DNA of 64,000 nucleotides. Source: Tubulanus polymorphus. Its lineage: Eukaryota > Animalia > Nemertea. Under the pieces are notes generated by a model. It had not been told where the DNA came from, did not search any database, and saw only the letters and a list, made by a program, of their open reading frames with translations. The position numbers and the translations under genes were made by a program. The stretch is taken from assembly GCF_964204645.1 (NCBI RefSeq), contig NC_134030.1, positions 11,491,947-11,555,946 on the forward strand, given 5' to 3'. This document shows, piece by piece, positions 14,866 through 37,400 of this stretch; within the stretch, counting starts at the first letter, position 1, and every line of letters begins with the position of its first letter.

Positions 14866-15945
14866 ATGGATACCAAGACCACAATCCTCATTTTAATCAT
14901 AGCAGCTGTTATTACAGGTAAATTTTCAATAAGCCTGCTTGCAATTTCCCTGAGGAGCTATTAACAAATCAACGTGGATACATTAAAAACTAAATTATTC
15001 GCTTTTCAGCTCGACCTAATATAAATCAACAGGAGACTTGGGATCGTGAGTAATTGAGTTTTTCTTTAATTTTGAATTGTATTGAAGTGGGTTTCTGACT
15101 AAATAACCCGTCTCCAGCCTAAGTCTGCAAAACTAAGACCGGAATCGGTGTTTCGCCGTCACAAGTGGGTGCAATGTCGTCGGTGTTTGGCTTTCACAGG
15201 TTACCTGTTTTGGGCATGATACGAGTGCAGCATGAAAATTATGCGATTGTTTACTCAATTGATACGCCAATTAGTTCACTCCCACTGTAGACCGCTCACA
15301 AAAATCAAATCTAGAAGAACCATACATATTTCAATTATTTTCGACTTACGTATCAAACTAATAATCCAAAAATCTATAAGTTACTGTGTAGTAATGGGGT
15401 ACTTTGAATCATACATCGCATTAGCCTTCATTTAATACTAATGTCTCACGATTTAAATCAAGCTTTGAATAATCCCGCTCTTCAGACGTAAAACGAAAAA
15501 CCTATATGAAATACAGTTGCCTATGTGCAGCAATCATTGCAGCAATCATTCTGGCAGACAATGATCACCTTCGTTTCCAATTAACGGCAATTTGCAATAA
15601 TTTCTTTATGAAGTGAAATGTCCCGAGGATTTGTATTTACAATAGTTATTTACGCAATCGATAATGTAACACCTTTGTTTTAGCACTTTCGTGTACTTAT
15701 AGCTTGTGATCCAACGGATGGTTTGCGATGTATTGTTTCTCCGTGTCACTTTCCCTACTGCCCTCGATACCCATCGGCGATATGCACGTGAGTTTTTCAT
15801 GAACGTTCGAGATCAATTGATATCATGTCGTCAATCGATTTTATACAGTAACATGTATATATATTTTAGGTTAAAATGTGCATGCGTTGCGGAGTGGCTT
15901 TACGAAGGACGAGTAGTTAACTGTTATGCGGGGGACTCCGAATGA
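14866..15945 (+). CDS. Small secreted Cys-containing peptide candidate (about 79 aa, 4 exons)
   Basis: Exons 14866-14917 (signal-like MDTKTTILILIIAAVIT), 15010-15045, 15124-15199 (or 15118-15199, which includes a TAA) and 15870-15945. Phases are compatible; AATAAA follows near 16023. Confidence 0.5.
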
Positions 15946-16583
15946 AACTACATATAATAAGGCAATCCACGAGCAGAACGTATAACAAAAGTAAATACAC
16001 AAGCCTGTAAATACACTGCAACAATAAATCAGTTTTTTTTAATGGTCGCAACCAACGTCAAATACTCATCTTTTTTATTATATTTCTGTTATAAAATTGT
16101 AAGTTTTACTTATTCTGTTCAATTTTTTGCGGGGCATGTAAAACGCATCCATAATCGACCATATGGATGCCAATAGGAAAACATACGGCTCAGATTGGCG
16201 AAAGCGGGACACTCTTGATATGCCCCGTGGCCTTGGTGGGAAGGCCTACTTGATGTCAAACAATGCTATTATTTATGCCACTATAGACAGACATTCTGCT
16301 TGATGACGCCAGAGAGCATATTCGCTCGTTCAAGAGGTTAGCTGTCGAAATAACGTCTAAACTATATCATGTGTCTCATTTAAAAGTAAAATTATTGCGA
16401 CATTGACTAGGTAGTTCATTCAAACTGTCATTGTATTCATTCACATGTATATTTGGCAACATTTCCAATATATATTCGAGGGTACGATTTTGCGATGCAG
16501 TAATTCTCTCTGGAGTATCGTTCATAATCAGAAACTGGTGTTTACTATATAGATGTATTGTTGTCTTTATTCAATTTGTCATA

Positions 16584-19500
16584 ATGGTTGCCGATGACAA
16601 GTACAAGATCTTTGATTCAACGCCTGCTGGAGAAATAATTTTCAAAGGTTATATAATAAGTAAGCGAGAGATAATTTTCGGAGCTGTTGCATGTTTCCTC
16701 TTACTTGTCTGTGGATCGTTGGCCATTGCCCTGATCGTTGGGCGAGGAAGGATGACATCTGAGATTTGCATGGACGTCGAGTGCTTAGAAGGCGCCGCGT
16801 ATATGTTGAAGAATATGAACACCAGCGTCGATCCATGCACAGACTTTTATAAGTTTTCCTGTGGGTCTTGGACGGTTTCGGATAAACTACCTGTTGGTTG
16901 GGCGGATTTTAATGTTTATAAAGATCTATACTATAAGAATTGGTACAAAGTCGCTCGCATCATGTACCGCGGATCAAGGGATAAATCGCACAGCACCACC
17001 AAAGTGAAAAATTTCTTTAGGTAAGTCTAAAACAAAAATGATAAACCTTGTTTCTCCGCAGCGGACGGGTCGGAAAAACCATGCTGAAAATGTGTAGAAA
17101 TAAAATCATGACGGCCGGGTCCCTTCGAAAAACAGGTGTGAATTAAATTTGAAAATAAAATCCGGCCTGCTGGGTGAATATAAGACATAATACGAGCCCA
17201 TATTTAATATTCATTGTACATGAATCGGGAAAAATTCACCGGAGCGACACGCGCACCAATCCACTGAATCCTCGCTTGGTAAAGAAAAGGACTTCAATAG
17301 CGACAATAGCGTTGACGGAGGTTCAAGGCCGTTGATGTTCACGGTGAGTCCATAAAAATCTATAGGGCCCTTAGATTGGTTTCCCGTTACGTATTTCATT
17401 TTAGAAAAATGATTTTTGTTTACCATGGTAGGAACTTCGTTCTCACGCTTAGGGCCACGGAAGGAATTCAGTGTTAGGTTATTCTTTTGACTAAAGACTG
17501 AGCGAGTCGAACCATCTTACCTGGTACATGTACATTGCATTTGCATAGAATAGAAATACAGTTAAACGAGCGGGAACGCCCACTCCGTCTCGGTGACTAA
17601 ATTCGCATTTTGCTTTTTTGGTATTTGGTATCGGTGGCAATATGTCCTTTGAAAACATTGATATGCAGTCAGTTGGTCATAACTCGGGTCTCTCCCCACC
17701 CTATATCCATATTTGGAAATTTCTTTATGTATTTAAAAAAATGACATAGATCGTTTTTAATAAAGATATAAAATCCTGCCTGACTGGTGCAGAGTTTCTA
17801 CAAATCTGTGTTATTGTTTAAATGAATAAAAAAGCACCTGCCTGCCTGCCTGGTCACTTTGGTGGGTAGAGAAACAAGGTACCGGTATAATTTGTTTGCC
17901 TAATGTAAATATCTACGTATGTACTTCCGTGATGGAATAACAAAGTCTAAGTTCACACCTTCATTTGATATTATGCGCGTCATTTTTTTTCAAACTGGCC
18001 GAACTGCCATCAAGCATAAGCGATGAGAATGGAAGACTGTTGTATAATCCGTACTTGAAACTAAAAGATATCCTCTGCTGTAATAGCTATAAAACTGAAT
18101 GATAATCCATTTAAATGAAATATATTATAGGTTCCAATTAATCACTCAAATGAGCAAGAATTTTATGTGATGGAGACCTTTGTCTATGGTGGCTGATAAG
18201 GGCATTGTCCATACTTTTTCATTATCTTCGACAAGAACGCACAGAAATGAATTATGTCATTGTGGCTGATTGGGGTCATAAAATTTCTGATTGATAAAAA
18301 TGTCTAGTTGTTTTCAGTCCCTAAAAATTATTTTAACAACGTTTTAGGTCCTGATAGAACTTTGATTAAAAGTCGTTTTCAGCACGGCGTGAAAATAATC
18401 AGTTGATTTCAGCAAACACACTAACAAACTAATTGTTCAGAGTTAAATATTTGAGAATAAAGTCCGCGATCACATCATATTCAGGTTAGTGGTTTAGTAG
18501 AGAATTTTTTCCGAGGGTGCTGAAATAAAGTAGTTGAAAACAGCTTTTCAAAGCCAAATTGTCTTTAATCCGTTAGAACTTTTGTGGCCAGAATCAGCCA
18601 CCAAAACCAAGTTATTAGCGCGAAAAAACAATACATCAGCCCTAGCGGTTCAACTCCACAATAGGTCAAAATAGTTCCGTGGTGCAGGGTTTTCTTAAAT
18701 GAGGGGAGTGGTTCGGTTTCAAATTACCGCCAGAAACCTGATTGTCGACCATTTCTCGGGTCGGCAATCGGCAATCGGCAATCAGAAACCAATCACCCAC
18801 AGCATCTATATCGCCCTCACAATCACAGCATCTATATCGCCCTCACAATCACAGCATCTATATCGCCCTGACAATCGCAGCATCTATATCGCCCTGACAA
18901 TCGCAGCATCTATATCGCCCTCACAATCACAGCATCTATATCGCCCTCACAACCACAGCATCTATATCGCCCTCACCATCACAGCATCTATATCACCCTC
19001 ATAATCGCAGCATCTATATCGCCCTCACAATCACAGCATCTATATCGCCCTCACAATCGCAGCATCTATATCGCCCTCACAATCGCAGCATCTATATCGC
19101 CCTCACAATCACAGCATCTATATCGCCCTCACAACCACAGCATCTATATCGCCCTCACCATCACAGCATCTATATCACCCTCACAATCGCAGCATCTATA
19201 TCACCCTCACAATCGCAGCATCTATAACGCCCTCACAATCACAGCATCTATATCACCCTCACAATCGCAGCATCTATATCGCCCTCACAATCGCAGCATC
19301 TATATCGCCCTCACAATCACAGCATCTATATCACCCTCACAATCATAGCATCTATATCGCCCTCACAATCGCAGCATCTATATCGACCTCACAATCGCAG
19401 CATCTATATCGCACTCACAATCACAGCATCTATATCGCCCTCACCATCACAGCACTGAATTTTATGAAAGTCAATAAAGGGAAATGCATTGTTGTCTTTT

Positions 19501-21943
19501 TTTAACTGCGCTTGCCCCCTGCCGTATAATTCCATGGATGCCATAGAAACCATCCGGGGCAACAGCAACCTTTGTAGGCAACATAGAAACAGTCATCATT
19601 GTTTAAACCATTCTCGCACTTGCAAAAACAGAGCGCATTGAAGCAATATATGAGGGAAAGAGTTAAATCAGACCAGAGAAATGGTCGACTATCAGGTTTC
19701 TGATTGCCGATTGCAGACCCGAGAAATGGTCGACAATAAGGTTTCTGATTGCCGATTGCCGATTGTCGACTTCTGAAAATTACTTCACGTGCCTCTTTCT
19801 ATAGATCTGCGCGTATTAATACTTTTCTCAGTGAAAATGTTGGAACCAACCCGCAGATCTACTTTTACCTGTTCTGGAGTTGAGCCGAACTAGCCACGCA
19901 CGCCGGTTTGCTGTCATGACGTGACCATCTATTAGAACAACTAATAGGCCTAACTAATCTAGTATAGGTCAAACCACGAACCGCAATTCTTTGCGAATTC
20001 TTTTTCACCGATAATGGTATTGGTATTACTATCAGTGATAGTCAAGTGAACTCATTTTCTCAGATTTATTTCTAGCAGATGATAAGATTACAGAATTTTA
20101 TCAAGAGATAAATTGTCTCTTTAACATCTGTTTCTTAGAAATCTTCAGCGACCTGTTGAAGCGCGCATGCATACGTAATACACTACAGGGCAACGGGTAA
20201 GGGCAAGATTTGAAACGAGATCAGTATAAATCGGACTACATTCCACGAGAACGCACAAATAGATGTCGACGCAAAAAAAACAAATCTCTGTTTTTATGCC
20301 CCCGCTCCACTTAAGTTGAGAGGGGCATATAGAATTACCCGCGTCTAAATAGGGAAGTTTTCAGTTACCAGGCGCCATTTTGAGATTGTTGGACAGATTT
20401 CAACATTTTTTTAACTCAAACCTTTAGCGCGATTAATTATAGTCCATCACTCTTTTGCTTCAAAAATTAAGTCATGTATCGTTAGAAAGGTGACAATTTT
20501 CTTTTTTCTGATGGTGTTTATTATATTTTTCTCGGCTGCAACAATCGGATACAGTTACAGTTTAAGAAATATACGTCACTTCAAGGAAGGCGCCTTTAAA
20601 AAAATTGGTAATTTTTTGTTATTGACTGTAACTTTTTCATGTTTTGAGATACAATGTAGAATTTTTTATCGAAGAAAATAGAAATTGTCATCTTTTTTAA
20701 CGATACATAACTTAAATTTTCAAGCAAAAGGGGGACGGACTACAATGAATCGCGCTAAAGGATTTAGTTTAAAAAATGTGAAAATCTTTCCGACAATGCA
20801 GGACCTGTGGAACCGCCTCAAAATGGCACCTGGTAACTGGAAACTTCCCTATACACTGCCGTCGCCTGCCGCCGCCGCAAGCAACGTTAACAGCCTAGAG
20901 GCCGCCCGATTGTCTTCAAACTGAGGATAACACAAGTAGGATATCACTTGGGCCAGAACCCTATCTAAAATTGGGTCGATTCGATTCAAATTATGGCCAC
21001 CAGGGGCCGACATGAAAAACGTGGTTAACAGCCTAGAGGCCGCAATTGTTGACCGATTCATTTCAAACATGGTACACAAGTATGATATCACTTAAGCCAG
21101 AAGAAAATTGAAAATTGGGTTGATTCGATTCAAATTAGGGCGACCAGTGGGCCGACATGCTAGTGGCCACCATTGTCGACCGCTTCATTTCACACTTGGC
21201 AAACAAGTAGGGTATCACTTGGGCTAAAACCCTATTTAAGATTGGGTCGATTCGATTCAAATTATGGCCACCAGGGGCCGACCTTAAAAGCAACGTTAAC
21301 AGCCTAGAGGCCACAACTGTTGACCAGCTCAAATTATGGCCATCAGGAGAAAACAGCCTAGAGGCTGCAACTGTTGATCAATTTCTTACTCTGTACACAT
21401 GGTCTCTAATATATATCATTCTTATAGAAATAATTGTGGCCTCGATATTTCTAACGCATTTACTACAAACCCTGTAACTTCACGTGGCGGTGAATTTCAG
21501 GCCAGGGGCATTCGAGGCTTTGCCTCATTCTAGTTGAGTGTGGAAATGTGTTTTGCTTGTTTAAATTTGTTTTTGAAAGTTTTCGTGAAATACGATTTGT
21601 TTTTTTTTTCGTTCTCTTAGACGGTGGTGACAAAAATGTGGATGTGCCTCGAAGCAGCCACATCCGCATGTAGTCCAATGCCCCAAAGATCTATGTTTGA
21701 TGAAATTACGTATATCATTTCAGGTCGTGCATTAACGAATATGAATCAATGAAACTGAAAGGGTATCCATTCATAAAAGGCGTCCTGGAGAAGATTGGTG
21801 GATGGTTTGTACTCGGAACGCTGGACAACGAATGGGACTTTCAAGATGCCCTCAGAAAAGTCCATGTTGATTTTTGGACGGATGCGTTATTCACATTTTA
21901 TCCGTGGACAGATCCAAATACAAAGGGACGACGTATTGTTCAC
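16584..21943 (+). CDS. Neprilysin/ECE-like (M13) N-terminal module A: cytoplasmic tail, TM helix and N-terminal lobe only
   Basis: Exon 16584-17020 (TM IIFGAVACFLLLVCGSLAIALIV; CMDVECLEGA..VDPCTDFYKFSCGSW; KVKNFFR) splices to 21724-21943 (SCINE...IGGW...DALF...GRRIVH), which ends at a phase-0 GTAAGT donor. Confidence 0.85.
18800..19455. repeat. 26-bp minisatellite (about 25 copies) inside inverted-repeat flanks
   Basis: Unit CAGCATCTATATCGCCCTCACAATCA. Flanks at about 18732-18789 (AGAAACCTGATTGTCGACCATTTCTCGGGTCGGCAATCGGCAATC) and about 19676-19770 are reverse complements. Confidence 0.9.
20880..21390. repeat. Degenerate ~135-bp tandem repeat of a non-autonomous element
   Basis: AACAGCCTAGAGGC and ATTCGATTCAAATTATGGCCACCAGGGGCCGAC recur at about 135-140 bp spacing. 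Confidence 0.65.
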
Positions 21944-22308
21944 GTAAGTCAATTTATCTTAATAAATAAAACTATTTGTCTGTTTTTAAGTTGGTCGCAA
22001 GAAATTATTGTACGTGTGAAACGTCAGCCTTCCTATTATGCCGCAACGTTCCACTGACTTAATGTAAGTGATGTTATCTGCATATATGATAATATAAACT
22101 TATCAGTTATTATCAGGAAAGGTAAGTATAGTAGAACATAGCTAAACCTATATTAGTATAGCTTTGCTGGTGGATGGTAGTGATTTAGAGAACATTAAAA
22201 CATTGAGGGACACAACATGGCTATGTTCGTTTGCGCAGATTAATGTATAGTGATTTATGGATATATAATGAATGAAGATTAACTGAATGAGGAATAATAA
22301 GTTTGAAA

Positions 22309-32937
<10,629 letters not shown>

Positions 32938-35900
32938 TACAATCTATAAGATTTTATGATATGTAGTAATTAATTTTGTACGCCGCTATATTTGATTAAA
33001 TGGTTCTATATTGTGTTCGGGTATGCATATGAAAAATTGAAATTATATATACAGGTGATTATTTGAAAAGGCATGGACACTGTAATCACAGTTATTTATA
33101 GATAATGGGCATCTTATGCTTACATGTGGATCCTATGCCACACTTACTCCCGTTAGTGAAAATTTTGTAGTTGAAGTAATGTTCTACATTTTATCGTGTA
33201 TTTCTAGTAAATGTAATAAAGTTTATATGATATTAGTATATGTACCCAAAAATGTTTAAGTTTTGACTTTTCGAACGGATGCAACAGTATTCAACACTCG
33301 AGTTCTTTAAAGCGAATTCTATTAAGATAAGAGTTGAGTTATATAAAGTAAGAAATACATTTTGACGATCGCATAATCCAGGAAGAAAGACACTAAATAT
33401 TTGGATGGATATATGAAAGCTGTGGGTACTGGAGTGAGTAATGGGTAGTGTATTGTGATCTGTGTGCATTTGTGGCCAGCACACAGATCACATTGTTCAT
33501 TGGGGTTTGGTCCAGGACTCGCGAGATTTTCAACAACACGGAAGTAACGTGTAATAAATGGTGACTTGAATTGCATGACTACCTACCACCCCTCATTATG
33601 GTTGGAAAACTTAACGTTCCGCACTGACTAAAAATTAGTAATAACATTTTAGAAATGGCCAGAATTTTAACTTAGGTTCTATCTCATTTTTATTTTACAA
33701 TTGCGATTGGTATAATTTTTTTTTTAAACGGCCGTTAAGGCTTCATGTTTCGTCTGCAATTCACTGCAAATAGTTACGCAACTACGCACATTTCAGTTTT
33801 TTGGCAGCTGTACACTCAATCGGCACCGTTCGTGACTAGCTTCACTGTGGAATTATCATTAATTAACATCGCCATATCACATCATAAACTTATATTGTGC
33901 CTTAAAACCCTAACAGCCGAAATAATTGAAATGCACACACGATTTCTATCATTGAGAATTGAGAGAGTGGCCATGTTTGTGTTCTGCTGCTTCGCGTAAA
34001 TACCGCGCGGTGGCGTAACCGCGCGGAGTGGGGCCGATACGTCCAGTGTCGAAACGTCGTGATATTTCAACTTGTCATTTTCTCTTTTTAATCCATTTTT
34101 AACGCAACTCCTTACGATTTGATCGAAATTCACTGGAGTATCACGAGAATATGCTTTCGATTTTTTTATCTCTGGTGAAACTGATGATTCGGAAGGAATT
34201 GTCATCATCGCGTTCATTTGAGAGAAATGACGAATTTGCCGTGCATTTTTGAAAAATATTCTTACGTATGAAACGTATGAACTGTGAAACTATTATGTAT
34301 TTTTGAAACGTATCAAGATAAGAAGCCCCCAGAGCCATTCCCGAGAGTCTGCGTATGGACCGACTGCCTGTAACCTGTGTGGTATGGAACCATTCTGAAA
34401 AATGCGCAATGGGCCTGTCCCCTTCCAAGAACCATTCTGAGGGCTGGGTATCATGGGCCGGCAAAATGGTCAAAACATATACATGTATATCGTTAACTGA
34501 TCCAATCATATTAGTTTTGATCCAGATTACGTGAATGAATGTCTTAACCAAAACAACTGAAGGACAAATCAATGTGAGAGAACTGTGTCATATACTGATA
34601 TGATGCTGCTTTGACTTCTGTACCCTAAGTTGGTCAGTAAATTAGACTAGAATCATCAGAATAGTACGTACGGTACTTAACTGTTAGATGTCGAACACAT
34701 CTTTTTAACCGAATTTCAGCCCGGGCTTAAAATGAACATTGTGACTCCCTCGGACCACTGATCTGTTTAAAACACGTAACGTGACGACGGGAAAAACTGG
34801 CATTGAGCAAAAGTAAAACAATGTATAGTATACATGCATTAATTTCCCTACAATGCGTCGCGGTATGAATACCGTCCCTCTGCTTTGGCAATATTACCAG
34901 TGCTACGATCGTGTTTTTAGTAAGTAACTAGTTCCATAGGACCAGACTTAAACTGTCCCAATCAGTTTGAATTTACTTGCCAGGAATTATTAATCAAATT
35001 GGAGATTTCATGAACGAGGAAAAGTGGAATACAAATAATAAGAATCACAAAAAGAGCAAGAAGAGGTTGCTTTTCCGCGCATTGATTGAAGCAAAGTGTT
35101 TACCCGTGACGTCAGAATACTTAATGGCTTCATTTTTTCTTTCTCTTGAATTTCACTGCATGCATTGTCCTCAACAAGTTTTTTTTTATGGGGCAATAAA
35201 TTCATTCAAGTTCAATTATCAATTCCAAGTTCAAAGATGGCAGTTCGACTGGCGTGACCTACTGCCGCTTTCGCTGCAGAAACGTTTTTTCCCTGATGCA
35301 TGTTTACGAGTAATTAATGTAAATCGCGATCGGTGGTTTGATAGTTACTGATCTTCAACGGCCATTTGTCAATTGTGGATTATCGTTTTCTACTGAGGTG
35401 CAATTTCCATTGAAAATATTCATCTCTTTTAACCACTGAGACGCCAGTCTGAGGGACGAGTCCATATTTAAGGGCCACGATGATCCCCAAAGTCCGATAT
35501 TTTCAAAATGAGGGTTTTGATAGCTGCGATCGTCCGCTTCTTGAAAATGAAATTAGTTCAGATAATTCTGCATATGGAAATTTCCAATAAATAAATGATT
35601 ATAAACTATGCTATTGATTAAAACTGTGATTGGGAGTATCAATAACTTTTTGGTTGATTTTGAGCATCAAATATAGGATTTGGCTTACTGTGAAACCGGA
35701 TATACGAATATAATACTATAATACTATACTACTATAGTGTATTTTTAACGCTTGGATGGGCCTCATACGGCCAACACATGTTGGTCGTTTACGTATGATA
35801 TGCTGTGAGCTTGTCAAGCTGTGAGTGACCTAAGTTAAACATCGGAAGTTTAGTTCTTAACTGGATTAGATTGGTTTTTACATGTAAGTGATTCTAGATA

Positions 35901-36208
35901 TCCATTTTTCATTTTGGCGATATGTTCAGTACACGCCAACATATAAGTTCGAATTGTTGTTGTTGACAATAAATGGATATGATAAGAAAAATATCAATGA
36001 AATCATTTCTTATTTGAATATATTGACAATTGAATTAAATTAGATTTGATTGATCACCAACCAGTATCCCCATTATCTCTTTCAATCCCAATTGATTTCC
36101 TGACATACGAAATTTCTGGAGCATTAAATTTTAGTTAGATATTGGATGTATCTTTTTAAATGTTTATATCCAGTTAACATGGCAAAGAAGTGTTTTCCCT
36201 GCCCGACC

Positions 36209-36263
36209 CATCCTCCCTCGGTCGGGATTCGAACCTGATGGCATTACTTCACTCAGCTACGGC
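36209..36263 (-). mobile_element. tRNA-derived SINE-like head
   Basis: Reverse complement GCCGTAGCTGAGTGAAGTAATGCCATCAGGTTCGAATCCCGACCGAGGGAGGATG has an A-box-like and a B-box (GGTTCGAATCC) motif; homologous to 36368-36418 and 43427-43481. Confidence 0.55.
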
Positions 36264-36367
36264 AGACTTGTTGCCTGTCCAATTCTGTGCCAACTGCATT
36301 CAGAATGAAGGTAGAGACCGGCAACCATTCTAAGCCACGGCACGAACCCCTGTCACTGACACTTTGT

Positions 36368-36418
36368 GCCGTGGCAATCTCGATGCTATCAGGTTCGAAT
36401 CCCTGCCAGTGGAGGATG
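36368..36418 (+). mobile_element. tRNA-derived SINE-like head
   Basis: GCCGTGGCAATCTCGATGCTATCAGGTTCGAATCCCTGCCAGTGGAGGATG, same family as the copies at 36209 and 43427. Confidence 0.5.
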
Positions 36419-37400
36419 TGCCTGACCAACAATGGAAAATGTGCCCTTGCGAGGAATATGGAAAAAAATATATACAGATTAGCAAACACTTAAAAAATCC
36501 ATTCACCATACTCATATTATAGCAACTATAGAGACATGGTCAGAATACATCCCTTTGAGGGATTCAATTCTTCGGCCACTGCTTTTCGACTACCCATATT
36601 TACCAGAACCCTAATCGGGTTGTCTATCTAATATCTAATAATATATATATTACCTGGCAGAAAATATATAGTCTAGGGGGTTCCCTCATATGGGAGTTAA
36701 TTTAAAAAGTGTCCAAAACTAAAATACGTACCGGTCATGACCCTTTTTGCCTGGTAAAAACAGAGAAAACGAGAAAGAAAGGAATTTAGTTTTTGCGCCC
36801 CCATATCGGCTCTGGCTCTGTTGACCACATCAAATCTTCGAAAGCGTCGAATTTTCTCAAAGAAAATTGGGATCTCATATTCTGGCGCTATGACCAGAAC
36901 AAAGAATATCCCTTTTTGGCGCACCGAAACAGACAAAAAATCCATTTTGTCAAAACTGATTCCTGACCTTTTAGCGCCCACGCCAAAACGGACATTCAAC
37001 CAGAGTGAAATTATTCTTTGTGAGCGCCCTTGCAAATATATGCAAATTAAATTCAAGGTGATGTGCGAAAAATTTAATCTTGTTGATAGAATTTTTCGTT
37101 TTTCGTTTTGGCATTCGGGCGCCCGACGTTTGTAAATCAGGAATTTTACAGGATTCCTACTCTGCCGAAGATTGTTAAAAAATCATATGACATGTGGACT
37201 ATATTTCCATGGTTTTTATCATCTTATTTGATATAGAAGTGGTTGTCATACGGAAAATGACCTGGGACTGTAGATCCTCCAAAGGCAGACTATAATATAC
37301 ATGGTTGATCACCCGTGAAACTGTGATCGCTGAAATATAATACGTCACAAATACACGCTAGTACTGCGTGACAGTGGTCGAACAGGCATAAATTGTTCTT

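Noticed and set aside
18699-19004. 101-aa repetitive ORF
   Set aside because: Translation of the 26-bp minisatellite.
33233-37135. Assorted 60-140 aa ORFs between the M13 gene and SLC22 copy 2
   Set aside because: No domains, exon structure or shared motifs; consistent with chance ORFs.
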